Part shown: positions 51,470 to 63,933 of the stretch, one piece after another
How the letters are laid out: the number at the start of each line of letters is the position of its first letter
Position numbering within the stretch: position 1 is the stretch's first letter
NCBI GenBank assembly: GCA_964658305.1
Contig: OZ210885.1
Location: 14,942,001 to 15,006,000, forward strand
From: Leptogorgia sarmentosa
Lineage: Eukaryota
Length of the DNA: 64,000 nt
Reading direction: 5' to 3'
Notes under the pieces: generated by a model
Database searches by the model: none
Told to the model about the DNA's origin: nothing
What the model saw: only the letters and a program-made list of their open reading frames with translations
Program-made: the position numbers and the translations under genes

Positions 51470-54400
51470 TTTTCCTTCCAGTGTCAGCTATTTCAAATTT
51501 GTAATGTTTACGGTCCGAACAACGCCAAAGAGGGCGATCAATTCTTTGAATCTTTATATCCTGTACTGGATCCGACAATCCCTCGCATATTATGTGGCGA
51601 TTTCAATACGGTGGTTGATCCACATCTCGATCGCAGAGGCTGTAATACATCATCCAAATGGGCCTATAATTGGTCGCGTACTCTTACTGAACTCATGTCC
51701 ACTTACGGGCTGCATGATGTGTGGCGAATGCAACATCCTGACGAAACTGCTTTTACATGGCATCGCCATTCTCTAACACAGGCATCTCGTCTAGATATGT
51801 TCTGGATCTGCTCTTTTATTCTGCCCCTGGTTCTATCGGTGGACATTTTCCCATTCTTTTGGTCGGACCACTCGTATGTATACTTAAAGATAGCTTTACC
51901 TACCTCTGTGCAATGCGGACCTGGGGTGTGGAAATTTAATACAGACCATCTGAAGGACCTGACGTTTATCCTCATGGTCACACAGTTCTGGGAAGCATGG
52001 CAAGCCGAAAAGGCATCCTTTCTCAATTTGAGTGCGTGGTGGGACGCAGGCAAGGCAAGGCTGAAACGCAAAATATGTGTATTCTCAAGGAGAAAAGCAT
52101 GCGAATTTCGGAAACGAGTTTCCTCCTTAGAAAGAACACTCTTCTTTTCAAACCGACAGGCTGAGCAGGGAGAAAATGTTGAATCCCTGATTGTAGAGAC
52201 CAAGGCAGAGTTAGAAAACGCCCACAGACAACGTGCTCGTGGAGCTCGTCTCCGCTCAAATGTGCAGTGGGCTGAAGAGGGCGAAGCTTCCACGGAGTAC
52301 TTTTTCAAATTAGAGAAAAGACAGGGCGAACAAAGGTTGTTTTCGGCAATTAGAACCCTAGCAGGACAGGTAGTTACCACTTCTATCCAGATTGCTAGAG
52401 CTTGGGTTTCCTTTTATGGAGCCTTGTTTACTGCCCAGGAGCTGGTCATGAGCGAGCAAGACTTTTTCTTAAGCACGCTTGAAAGGCAGCTAGCAGATGA
52501 GGAACGTGAACTGTGTGAGGGTGCATTAACAGTTGAAGAATGCAAGACAGCCTTAAATGGGATGGCCCGAGGGAAATCCCCCGGAGTCGATGGCCTTCTG
52601 GCCGAATTTTATCAACGCTTTTGGCCTTTGCTGGGCCAGGATTATGTGGAGGTGATGAACGCTTGCTACTCAGCGGGGAGACTTTCAGCCACTCAACGGT
52701 CAGGGATGATCACCTTGCTATACAAGAAGGGTGATCACCTCGAGATGAAGAACTGGCGACCAATGACACCGCTGTGTGTGGACTATAAAATTGCAGCAAA
52801 GGCAATCTCAAATAGGGTGCTGCATGTACTGCCCATTTTGATTCATCCGAACCAAATGTGTAACATTTGCGGACGCAACCCCGTTGTGAACCTACGTCTT
52901 TTAAAGGACATTGTGCAAGATCTGAACAAAAATCGCCTTGGGGCGGTCGTACTCTCTCTTGACCAAGAAAAAGCTTTTGACTGGGTCGATTGGGCCTATC
53001 TTCAGAGAGTCTTGGAGAGAATGAACTTCGCCGATTCACTTCGTAAATGGCTGTCACTTTTTTATTCGGACATCTTCTCCTGTCTCCTGATTAATGGTGA
53101 AAAATCAGACTCCTTTCGTGTCACCAGAGGGGTTCGCCAAGTGTGTCCTTTGTCGCCTCTTCTCTATGTTCTCATGGCAGAGACAATGGCATGTGCTATT
53201 AGAGCAGACCCTCGGATAGATGGTTTTACGCTCCCGGGGAAACAGTGCATCAAAATTTGTCAATATGCAGATGACACGACTATTCTTGTCTGTTCAGACG
53301 TTGCCCTAACGGCTGTTTTTGAGGTTTTCCAGAGGTATGAACAGGCGTCTGGCGCCAAACTCAACGTATCGAAATCGCATGGCCTTTTGGTGGGCAGGTG
53401 GTCTTCTCGGACAGACTTACCGGTTGCTCTCAATTGGTCTTCTTCCTTCATCACAATTATGGGATCTCAGTTGTGCAACGACGAGGCAAATGAATCTTGG
53501 GATAGGCAGTTGACCCAAAGCAGGAGTCGGTGCTTATGTCATGGAAGGCGCGAAAGTTGTCAATGCATGGTCGCGCCCTCATTGTCAATTCCCTCGGCCT
53601 GAGCAAATTTTGGTATCTCGCCTCGTTTTTAAGCCTACCAGACTCAGTGGCAAAGAAAATCAATGGTCAGGTGTTCTCTTTTGTTTGGCAAAGGAAAAGA
53701 GAATGGTTAGCTCGAACATCAGTTACCCAACGAATTAACCACGGTGGGTTAGGTGTGGTGGTGGTGGATGTTGCCCGTAAAGTTAGCTCATTGCATGTGA
53801 TGTAGGTGCAGCGTCTCATTGAGACTCCAGACCACCCATGCATGTGGTTTTTCCAACGGCATCTGAGAATTGCCTTTGCGGGTCGTAAGTTGGAGCAAGT
53901 TCTTCTCTTGCCAGCACCATGCCAGTTTGACATGGATTTATTGCCTCCTTTTTATCGCTCAGTCATGAGCACATGGTTCCGTCTTTCTCGACGGTTAGAC
54001 AAGGGTCACATCCTTGTTGATGGCCCTGGAAATTCCTCATGTTTATTGAGTGAACTGACAACCCGGGTGGCATATCGATACCTGTCACATATCGAAAAAA
54101 CTGAGCACCGTTGTGTCAGTAAATACAGTTCGTGGGGTATACATGTGGACTGGAGCAGTGTTTGGCAAAATCTACAACTTTGGCGGTTTGCCCGCTCAGT
54201 TCAAGACACCAGCTGGTTGGTGGCCCATGCTATAGTTCCAACAGCTGACCGTCTGAGGCGGATGGGAATGGATGTTTCCTCACTGTGTCACTGTGGTGAG
54301 CTCGAGACAATACTGCATATTTTCTCCCAGTGTCAGCTAGCCATGAAATTGCTGGCTTGGTATCAATCTTGGGTAAAGCGAGTAAACCCACATGCAACTT

Positions 54401-54690
54401 ACCCCAGTACAAGTCAGATCTTGGTCGGATACGACAAGACAGTGAAAATCCCACCAGTATTTCTGTGCTTTCTTGGCACGATTCGCCACCAAATTTGGGT
54501 CGCTCGTAATGAGTTCCGGTTCGATTGGTCGTCGCCTGACTTTGAGTCTGCGGTCAAGGCTGTTAAGTCCACATTAAGATTTATCATCCATGCAGAACAA
54601 CGTCATTGCATGCCCAATCGGTTTTCCGAAGTGTGGTTGGCCAATGGTGTGTTTGGTTCCGTGTCGCAGGATGACGTCATAGTGAATCTT
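51470..54690 (+). pseudogene. Tx1 ORF2 remainder (APE C-half, RT, zinc finger)
   Basis: ORFs 51452-53602, 53530-53805 and 53806-54801 give continuous L1/Tx1 motifs with a frameshift and a stop. Confidence 0.9.
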
Positions 54691-55226
54691 TCCTCAAAGC
54701 ACGTGCATGCCAAAATTATGTTCAAATTATCGGTCAACATCCTTGTGTGTATATGTGCTGATCACTTGCACAAGGAAAAATCGTCTTCTGTCAGACCATA
54801 GATATCAGTTCACCTACAAGTTAGTTTTGATCCATGTAACCAAGCGAGTTGGCGCACAATTTACAAATAAATACAACAGTTCGCAAGGCATAATAACACA
54901 TTCAAACCCTAGGTGCCTTCGTCGCCAATATTTTAGTAAAACGTACCATTAAAAAGGACATATTCAACATCTGAAGCAAACTTGGTCTGCTAAGAACAAC
55001 TTCCTACTCTTTAAATAATTTGATTATGGCTCAGAGAAGCTCAGATCTCAAACAAACATTCGCTTTGCTTTTCATTCGAAATTTACAATTCTGACGAATT
55101 CGAACAAAAAACAGGTTGTGCCCGCAATTTCTCTGGACAGCGACAACAAATTTCCCAGCTGCTCTACTTATACCTATATGGATTATAAATCTGAAAGTGG
55201 AAGCACAGGTGGAAGCACTGCTTAAT

Positions 55227-56049
55227 TAATAATCCAAGATACCGTCTCAAAACAATTTACAGGACACACAAGGAAGCACCGCTAGTAGCGAAGCAAGAAA
55301 TAGGCCAACACCTGCACACATTGCCCGAAAGCGGTCTGTAGAATCCACTGCTGGTAAATATAAAGTGGGAGGCAGCAGAGTACCACAAAAATTGCCTTGC
55401 ATGACCGATGCAGACAGTTCCCGGACAAACATCTCAGTGTTAGAGGGGAAGCTGTTTTGCAATGCATGTAGACACTAAGTAAAAGCAGCTCCTTGGCACT
55501 ACGAAAAGTGTTCTGCAGTCCCATATTTCTTCCCAAAAACACCAAAAAGGAAAAGATCATTTGAAAAAGTCCAAACTGAAGGAATAGACTATTATTGAGG
55601 CATTTAAAGCAGAAAAAAGTACGACGAAGGATAACAGATTGCCTTTGGAAGAACGTGCCTACCGAATCAAAGGGGTTAGTGAGTTCTTGAAGGCTGGTAT
55701 TCCAATCAGAAAAATAGACGCACTCCGGCCCCTTTTAGAAAAAAAATGGCTATAGGCTCACTGGAAGTACACATCAAGGACAGTATATCTCCAGTGTTTT
55801 AAAATGCAAAATTGAACAAATCAAAGAAGAACTAGCTATGCCTGGACAAGTTGGCTTGACTAGGGATCTTTCAATCATTTTTGATGGCACCACAAGACAA
55901 GGAGAGGCAATCGCCATCATTGTGCGGTTCCTTGATAACAACTGGATGATCACCCAATGACTCATAAGAATTGATGTTTGCTCCAAATCAGTCAATGCTG
56001 ACGAACCAGCACAGGTCCTGAACCAGTGCTTAGCTGTGGATTATGGAGT
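55227..56049 (+). pseudogene. hAT-related (CGGBP-like) transposase fragment
   Basis: KLFCNAC; LPLEERAYRI..VSEFLKAGIP..KIDALRPLLE; SIIFDGTTRQGEAIAIIVRF; flanked by the 14-bp direct repeat AAGCACTGCTTAAT. Confidence 0.65.
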
Positions 56050-56351
56050 AAGCACTGCTTAATGGAAGAAAATGAACTATCCCTTCCAAGTAATGTGGAA
56101 CAAGCAATGGCACTCTATTTAAACCAAACTGACTTAATAAACCCATTGTTATTGAACATTTAATTAAAACACTTAAAGAGTATAAGAGTATATAATCAAT
56201 TATATAATTAGCACGTTCCAAATTCTTAGCGGTAAAAAACTTCCTAACATGAAATATGTTGTGACTTGTGATGAATGATCTATACTATGAGCTATAGATT
56301 CTGTAAAATCCATTGTAGCTACCTGTCGCAGCCTATGTATATACTTGAACG

Positions 56352-58273
56352 TGTCGGAAACTTTGTTCTTACGCGACAAAACTTTTTTATTCAACTCAAA
56401 GGTACATATTTTTTCCTAACCCCTCCCGAATCTATCGTTCTCTCTTCATCCTCACGGGCTCTCTCCCCCGTTCCCCATACTTCATGTAATGTAAACTATA
56501 ATGTCAAATAAATCCTACACTCTCCCCCTATTCGATTCTGAAGGAATCAAATATATAGGTCCTGTTCGATTAGTGTTCAATTTCATCTTCCTCCGCGATA
56601 CTTCTGATCTGTTCCTCCGCGACTGCAGCTGCTTCCCTTCTCGGTCGAAACTCTCTCACTTCCACATTCAGAGTTGCTTGTTCCGCTTCTGGTGCTACAG
56701 GTGGGTCATCACAGGTCAGTTCCATTGGGGCTAACTGTTGAATGGCACGTTCCAAATAGGACTTCCCTGCCCTGAGTTTTGCAGCTCTTACCACGCCGTC
56801 TTTTCCTTTTATCAACTTGACTACGATACCAACGTTCCACTTTCCACGATTTCTTTCGTCGTTTTGGATCAAAACCACGTCCCCTACTTTAACACTCCCT
56901 TCCTTTCCTTTGTTGTTGAGATTGTGTCGTTCTCTCAGACCATTTACATACTCTTTTGTCCATCGAGACCATACCGCGTCCTTGCACCTCGATAAATACT
57001 TTGCTCGTCTCCTCAGCTCTACACATTCGCCGTCACACTCTTCTTCGGGAAGTAGATTAGGTTGCATAAACAGCATTGAATTTGGCGTCAAGGTTGGAAA
57101 TTGAACATCGTCCTCGACATAACCGGTCGGTTATTAACCGCTATTTCTACATCCAGAATAACCTCTTCAAGCTCTCCCCATTGCAAATTAGCACGACTGA
57201 TGCTCTTGTATAGTGCTCTTTTTACCAGGCCCACCATCCTTTCAAACTGGCCTCCCCAGCACGGTGCCCTGCTCAGGTTGAACTGCCAAGTTATGTTTTG
57301 ACGGCCGAGGAAGCTTTGAACCTGCTCTTGTTTCATGATCTTTTTCATCCAATTGGCTGTTGCAACGAAAGTCTTCCCGTTGTCTGAATAGATTTTTCTT
57401 GGTCTGCCCTTCCTCGCTATGAACCGCTTAAGGCTTCTGATACAATTTTCAGCCGTCTGATCCGGAAGCAGTTCCAGGTGAATGGCTCGGGTTAGGCTGC
57501 AGGCGAACAGGAGAAGGTACGCTTTGTCGATTCTTTTTTTGGTAGATCTATAGGTAATAGGACCAGCGTAATCTACGCCCAAAACTTCAAATGGTACCGA
57601 TCCGACTGTTCGATCTGCGGGTAAGGGACCGACGGGGGGGTGGTGGAATGCCGAAGTATGGAACTTTTTCCAGCCATAACATTTTCTTATGACTTTCTTG
57701 CTAAGCTGTCTCAATCGAGGTACCCAGTAGCGTTGTCTAGCATAGGCCATTGTTGATCCGACTCCCCCGTGAAGGCTTTGAACATGGGCATCATGAACGA
57801 CTTTTTCGGTTATGAGTGCACTTGGAGGTAGGTATATCGGGAAATTCCCTTGAATCCTTCCTCGGCATTCGTATAGGCCATCGGAATTCGGTTGTAGGTT
57901 GAGCTTCAACTTATCTTCCTTGAACTGTTCCGTTTCACTATTCGATTCCATCGCTCTTTTTATCCAAAATTGAATGCATGTTTCCATTTCTGCTGTCGTC
58001 AATTGGCCACGTGCCCGCTCAGCCTTAACAGACTTGCAATTACCGATAAACCTGACAATCCATGCGAAGACTCGCACTGCCTTCCAAAGGCTGTGGTTCT
58101 CTAAGAGTTTGTCTAGTTCATCTGTCACACATGCGGTAGTTACCAATGGTTCCTTGATGGGCTTCACTTCAGCTTCAGACTCGGGTTCTTGTCTGTTCTC
58201 ACGTGTCTCCAATTGATGTATTCCTTTGCGTTAATCTTCTTGACTCTGTTGGAGACAAATTGCTTGTAGGCAC
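56352..58273 (-). mobile_element. BEL/Pao 3' part (RNase H end, integrase, 3' LTR), interrupted by the gypsy element
   Basis: KQFVSNRV..WRHV; H....HGG...C..; GVDYAGP, IYSDNG, WGGQFERMVG; DUF5641-like tail; PPT AGGGGGAGAG; LTR 56352-56519 with TG...CA and AATAAA. Confidence 0.88.
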
Positions 58274-59229
58274 TGTTACATGATAGCTATTATCATGTAT
58301 AGTTTATAGTTTAATCCATATTATAATATATATCACTATATACCATAAAATACTTATTTACTATTTACCCTTAGAAATTGTTTCACGCATGGGATGCCTT
58401 TTAGTTGAGTCATGCGTGAGCAAGCAAAATCTAGATTACCGCAAGTGCGTAATACATGGGAGAGGTTACCGCAAGAAATGCAAATTCCTCCCAAAGGAAA
58501 TGATAATGCATGAAAAGACTGTTCCTCTCCAAGGTATATATAAGCAGGAGCACAACTCTTTAGATATATATGTGTAGAGAGAGAGAGAGAGAGAGAGAGA
58601 GGAGAAGAAGAAGGCCTCCGAGCCTTGCTTTAAATAACGTCAAGCTATACAAGACCTTTGAGTCTTGTTCGAAAGCGTTAAGTTATACAAGACCTTCGAG
58701 TCTTGTTGGTCAAATACATAGAAGGCTTTAATGCCTTGTTATACGAATTATACGGTAGAAGTGTCGAAGATAAAAGAGACAAAGTTACAGCTACATAAAG
58801 AAGCGAAAGAGTTGTGCTCAGACAAAGGAGAGATAAGTTGAACTTTTAGTTTAATATAAGTAATTTGATATTATATTCCAAAGACGCTATACTTATAAAG
58901 GTCACATAATAATTGTTAGGTTAAAGAAATAAATATAGTTATAAAAACGTAACTGTCTCACACTGATATTTTGTTGCAAGAGAAATTGAGCCAAAACGCA
59001 GGAAATATTAATTTTACGGACCACGCTCGTAACAAAATGGGGGCCTGCCCGGGAAACTTTTTAAAAAAATTAAAATTGATTGAATCGGAATTAAGTTGCG
59101 GTCTATTGAAAACGTTTAACGAAAAACAAATCTTATTAGCGAGGGCAAATTTCAAGTAAATTAAAACACACAAAAAGCGTCAAGTATAAGTAGCGGAATT
59201 TCACAGTCATTCAGTGTGATTCAGTTATA

Positions 59230-61578
59230 GTGGGAATAATGTCGGAATTTAAGCCCGAAGAGTTTATGGTGGAACCTACGGCAGAAAAAATTGAAAACCT
59301 TAGGAAAGATGATCTGATTGCATTAGGCAAGCATTTGAAACTAGAATTGGAAATTAAAAGTAGCATGCGAAAACGCGACATCCTGAAAGTCATTATCAAA
59401 CACTTAGTCCAGCAAAAGACATTGGAACAGTCTGCTTTAGGAAAATACCAAACTCACAGTCCAGTAACGAGAAGTGATAGCCAAACAAACTTAGGCCGAA
59501 CGAATCAAATTAGTAGCGAACAATCAGACAGAGAAAGGAGACAGTGGCAGATTGATGAGGAAGAACGACAATGGCGGAGAAGACAAGAAGAGAGACAGTG
59601 GGAAAGAGAATGGGAGAAAGAGGATAGAGAGTTTAGGCTTAAACAGCAGGAATTAGAACTAGAGATGAAAAGGTTAGAAATACAAGTTAACTCTAGTACA
59701 TCAAGCGGAACTAGCAGAAGTTCAGTTTTCGATTTTACAAAACACATTAGAATGGTCCCACCGTTCCAGGAACAGGAAGTAGACAAGTATTTTTTACATT
59801 TCGAAAAGGTAGCCAAAAATTGTGCATGGCCAAAAGAGCATTGGACGATGTTGCTCCAAAGCGTTTTGACGGGTAAAGCCCGTGATGTTTATTCGGAACT
59901 TTCGCCTGAATTGTCTATTGAATATGATACCTTGAAAGAGCTAATCCTGAAGGGATATGAGTTGGTCCCCGAAGCTTATCGTCAAAAATTTCGGAGCCTT
60001 GATAAAAACATAAATAGGCCTTATGTTCAGTTTGCGCAAGAGAAAGAACAACTTTTTGATCGCTGGTGTCTTTCGGAAAACATTAATAAAGACTACACAC
60101 GTTTACGCGATTTAGTATTACTGGAAGAATTTAAAAGATGCATCAATAACGATATATGCACGTTTATAAACGAACAGAAGCCGAAGGACTTGACAACCGC
60201 CTCTCGTTTAGCGGATGAGTATTCACTTACACATAAATTTTCAACAATTAAGACTCACAATCAATCATTTCCGCGTGGCAGTAATCTTGAAGCTCGACAA
60301 GCACCCAAGAATTTTCCGCGCAGTTATCCAGAAAACATGAACGCCCTAAACAGCGGCAATCGATTCGATAAATCAAAGTTTCGCGACCAAAATTTTAATA
60401 GCGGCAACAACAGATCTCGTTACATACCACCGCATCTAAGACCGCCGGACCAGAAAACGCCATTCAAACCGTTAACCTGTGGGTACTGCCGAGGTAACGG
60501 CCACACCATGTCGACTTGTTATAAATTGAAAAATAAAGAAGCAAGAGAACGGCAAAGTTTGAAACCCACTGGCGTGCTGTCTAATGATTCAGACAACAAC
60601 AAACAACCGTCTGTTTCTGATCAAAAACCACTTGACCATGTTGACCCCATTATGAAAGTATTCCAACCATTTGTATTTGACGGCTCAGTCTCTTTTCAAA
60701 ACGATGAATCAACAGTTCCACGTATTAAGATACTAAGAGACACCGGTGCTTCTCAGTCTTTGATTTTAGCCGACACTCTTCCCTTTTCAGAAAAAACTTA
60801 TGCAGGAAAAAATGCCTTAATAAGAGGAATTGATGCGCAGAAGTATACGTCAGTTCCATTACATAACATGAACTTGAAATCAGGGTTAGTTTCCGGAGAA
60901 GTCCAAATAGGCATTATAGGCTCTCTACCGTTTGACGGAATTCATTTGATACTTGGTAACGACCTTGCAGGAAGTAAAGTCAATGTTGATCCGATTTTGA
61001 GCGATAAACCAATTCTTTCACAAAGTCCTGACCCAATAGAGGACGTTTTTCCAAATTTATATCCGTCATGTGCCGTTACAAGAGCAATGAGCAAAAAACA
61101 ATCGAGCATAAAAGATTCAGATGACGTAAACATTTCCGATACGTTTCTTCCTACGCTTTTTGCCAATTCCCATGAAAACAACGAAAATTTTTCAACGACA
61201 AATCTCATCACCGAACAACAGAACGATCCTGATATTGCAGTATTAATTCAGCACGCCCCAGACGAAACCGATGCGGCAACTGATCTGATTTGCTATTTTA
61301 TGAAAAACGGTATACTCATGAGGAAATGGCGATCTCCTGCGGTCCCAGTCAATGAAGAATGGCTAGTCCGATATCAAATCGTAATACCAAAAAGCTATCG
61401 ATCCGAAGTCCTCAGTTTGGCTCACGAAACACCATTGTCCGGTCACTTAGGAATAAACAAGACTTATCAAAAGATAATTACCCATTTTTACTGGCCAGGT
61501 ATTCGCAAAGATGTTGTCGAATTTTGCAAAACGTGTCACACATGTCAAGTCATAGGAAAACCGATTAGAATAGAATAA
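59230..61578 (+). CDS. Gmr1 gag, protease and integrase zinc finger
   Basis: YFLHFEKVA...WP, YELVPEAYRQKFR, CGYC...GH....C, LRDTGASQS, HETPLSGHLG...CHTC. Confidence 0.88.
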   Translation: MGIMSEFKPEEFMVEPTAEKIENLRKDDLIALGKHLKLELEIKSSMRKRDILKVIIKHLVQQKTLEQSALGKYQTHSPVTRSDSQTNLGRTNQISSEQSDRERRQWQIDEEERQWRRRQEERQWEREWEKEDREFRLKQQELELEMKRLEIQVNSSTSSGTSRSSVFDFTKHIRMVPPFQEQEVDKYFLHFEKVAKNCAWPKEHWTMLLQSVLTGKARDVYSELSPELSIEYDTLKELILKGYELVPEAYRQKFRSLDKNINRPYVQFAQEKEQLFDRWCLSENINKDYTRLRDLVLLEEFKRCINNDICTFINEQKPKDLTTASRLADEYSLTHKFSTIKTHNQSFPRGSNLEARQAPKNFPRSYPENMNALNSGNRFDKSKFRDQNFNSGNNRSRYIPPHLRPPDQKTPFKPLTCGYCRGNGHTMSTCYKLKNKEARERQSLKPTGVLSNDSDNNKQPSVSDQKPLDHVDPIMKVFQPFVFDGSVSFQNDESTVPRIKILRDTGASQSLILADTLPFSEKTYAGKNALIRGIDAQKYTSVPLHNMNLKSGLVSGEVQIGIIGSLPFDGIHLILGNDLAGSKVNVDPILSDKPILSQSPDPIEDVFPNLYPSCAVTRAMSKKQSSIKDSDDVNISDTFLPTLFANSHENNENFSTTNLITEQQNDPDIAVLIQHAPDETDAATDLICYFMKNGILMRKWRSPAVPVNEEWLVRYQIVIPKSYRSEVLSLAHETPLSGHLGINKTYQKIITHFYWPGIRKDVVEFCKTCHTCQVIGKPIRIE

Positions 61579-61590
61579 AACAGTAGAATT

Positions 61591-63933
61591 TTGATTGATT
61601 GCGTCGGACCATTACCGCGAACAAAAAAGGGAAACCAATATTTATTGACCATAATGTGCGCTTCAACTCGATTTCCGGAAGCTATACCATTAAGAAACAT
61701 CAAGGCACAGACAATTATTCAAGCACTGACCAAATATTTTACTTTGTTCGGTCTCCCGAAATCTATTCAGTCGGATCAAGGATCCAATTTTATGTCCGGT
61801 ATTTTTCAACAAGTCATGCACAAATTAAAAATAAAACAATATAAATCGACCGCTTATCATCCTGAGAGCCAAGGTGCCCTTGAACGTTTCCATCAAACGC
61901 TAAAACGCATGATGCGCACTATCTGTCTGGAAACCGAAAAAGATTGGGACGATGGCGTCCATTTACTTTTGTTTGCAGCCAGAGAATCGGTTCAGGACTC
62001 ATTAGGTTTTAGTCCATTTGACCTTGTTTTCGGTCATACAGTTAGGGGGCCTCTTAATCTTTTAAAGGAAAAGTTACTTTCCTCCAGTGGACATTCACTG
62101 GACCTTTCACGGTATGTTTCAGACTTTCGAACAAAATTGTCGAAAGCATGCGAATTAGCCAAAGCAAACCTTCAGTCAACTCAAAAATGCATGAAAAATC
62201 AGTACGACAAAAAGTGTGTCAGTCGTACATTTCGGTCCAGTGATAAGGTTCTTGCCTTACTTCCTATCCCTGGAAATACACTTCAGGCACGGTATGCTGG
62301 CCCCTATCTCGTAGAAAAGAAAGAGAATGACGTAAATTATGTAATTGTCACGCCCGATAGACGTAAAACTAAGCAATTATGTCATGTAAATATGTTAAAG
62401 CCATATTACGAGAGAAAGAGTGGTGTGCAGGTAGTTCAGACTATTGAAGTTAACAACAATCGTAATACAGAAGACACAACGGAACTCTTCAATTTGTCTG
62501 AGTCAACTAAACTTCATAATTCTGATGTTCTTCGCGATATTGATACTAAGTTGAGTCACCTAAATGAATCTCAATGCAGCGACATCAAAGCATTAATACA
62601 GGAGTACCAAAGCCTATTTCCCGATGTCCCCTCCAGAACTGACCGCATTGCCCACGACGTAGAGATCAACGATGCACTCCCCATAAAACAACACCCATAT
62701 CGCTTAAATCCCACGAAGCAGAGATACCTCGAAGCAGAGATTGACTACCTCCTCGAGAATGATTTCATCGAACCAAGTCAAAGTAACTGGAGTTCACCCT
62801 GTTTGTTAGTTCCGAAACCCGATGGCACCTACCGAATGTGCACAGATTATCGAAAGCTTAACAATGTGACAAAAGCGGATACATATCCTATCCCGCGGAT
62901 AGACGATTGTATCGACAAAATTGGAACTGCAAAGTATGTGTCTAAGTTTGACTTGCTAAAAGGTTTCTGGCAGATCCCTCTTACCGAACGAGCCAAAGAG
63001 GTCTCCGCGTTTGTAACACCGAAAGGTCTCTACCAGTATAAAGTGATGCCATTTGGCATGCAAAATTCCCCTGCAACTTTTCAAAGGCTAATCAATAGCG
63101 TCATCGCTGAAATCCCAGGCTGCGAAGGCTACATCGACGACGTAGTAATATACAGTGATACGTGGGAAGAACATTTGGCTATAATGCGCAAATTTTTTGA
63201 CCGCCTCAGCGACGCAAAGTTGACAATCAACCTACTAAAAAGCGAGTTTGGATGTGGTCATGTTACCTACTTGGGACATGTCGTCGGTCAAGGACAAGTG
63301 AAGCCTGTGGAAGCGAAAGTCGAAGCAATTTCAATGTTCCCTCAACCAACGTCCAAGAAGCATGTGATGCGCTTTCTCGGTATGGCAGGGTACTACCGAA
63401 AGTTCTGCCCAAATTTTTCAACTATTACGGAACCTTTAACCCGATTGTTACAAAAGAATTCAAAATTTCATTGGACTGACCAATGCCAGTTTGCCTTCAA
63501 GCAACTTAAAGCCATGTTGCAACGTGCCCCTGTTTTGTCTGCACCTGATTTTACGCGCCCGTTCAAGCTCGCCGTTGATGCAAGTGATGTTGCAGCGGGT
63601 GGCGTCTTACTCCAAGAAGACCACGATGGAATCGACCATCCGGTATGTTATTTCTCGAAAAAATTTGACCAACATCAGAAAAATTATTCCACTATTCAAA
63701 AAGAATGCCTTGCCCTTATCCTCGCCCTGCAGCACTTTAACGTGTATGTCTCCTCCACCGAAGTTCCCCTCCTCGTATACAGTGACCACAACCCCCTCGT
63801 GTTCCTCCACAAATTAAAGGATAAAAACCAACGCTTGCTGCGATGGAGTTTGATTCTATCGGAATACAATATGACGATTTCCCACATCAAAGGACGAGAC
63901 AATTTGATCGCGGACTGTCTATCAAGACCATAA
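61591..63933 (+). CDS. Gmr1 integrase core, reverse transcriptase and RNase H
   Basis: IDCVGPLP, SDQGSNF, YHPESQGALER, GPY, RMCTDYRKLN, YIDD, DASD, DHNPL, ADCLSR. Confidence 0.92.
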   Translation: MIDCVGPLPRTKKGNQYLLTIMCASTRFPEAIPLRNIKAQTIIQALTKYFTLFGLPKSIQSDQGSNFMSGIFQQVMHKLKIKQYKSTAYHPESQGALERFHQTLKRMMRTICLETEKDWDDGVHLLLFAARESVQDSLGFSPFDLVFGHTVRGPLNLLKEKLLSSSGHSLDLSRYVSDFRTKLSKACELAKANLQSTQKCMKNQYDKKCVSRTFRSSDKVLALLPIPGNTLQARYAGPYLVEKKENDVNYVIVTPDRRKTKQLCHVNMLKPYYERKSGVQVVQTIEVNNNRNTEDTTELFNLSESTKLHNSDVLRDIDTKLSHLNESQCSDIKALIQEYQSLFPDVPSRTDRIAHDVEINDALPIKQHPYRLNPTKQRYLEAEIDYLLENDFIEPSQSNWSSPCLLVPKPDGTYRMCTDYRKLNNVTKADTYPIPRIDDCIDKIGTAKYVSKFDLLKGFWQIPLTERAKEVSAFVTPKGLYQYKVMPFGMQNSPATFQRLINSVIAEIPGCEGYIDDVVIYSDTWEEHLAIMRKFFDRLSDAKLTINLLKSEFGCGHVTYLGHVVGQGQVKPVEAKVEAISMFPQPTSKKHVMRFLGMAGYYRKFCPNFSTITEPLTRLLQKNSKFHWTDQCQFAFKQLKAMLQRAPVLSAPDFTRPFKLAVDASDVAAGGVLLQEDHDGIDHPVCYFSKKFDQHQKNYSTIQKECLALILALQHFNVYVSSTEVPLLVYSDHNPLVFLHKLKDKNQRLLRWSLILSEYNMTISHIKGRDNLIADCLSRP

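Larger units (their letters stand above)
38065..54690 (+). mobile_element. Keno-like Tx1/L1-clade non-LTR retrotransposon, split by a Helentron; 3' end lost
   Basis: Follows the U2 5' end. Repeat-rich 5' UTR; ORF1 with CCHC; ORF2 APE (TLNCQGL, LQETH, GVAI, NVYGP, GDFN, SRLD, SDH), RT (DQEKAFD, YADD) and C-terminal CHC..ETILH...C. Confidence 0.85.
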
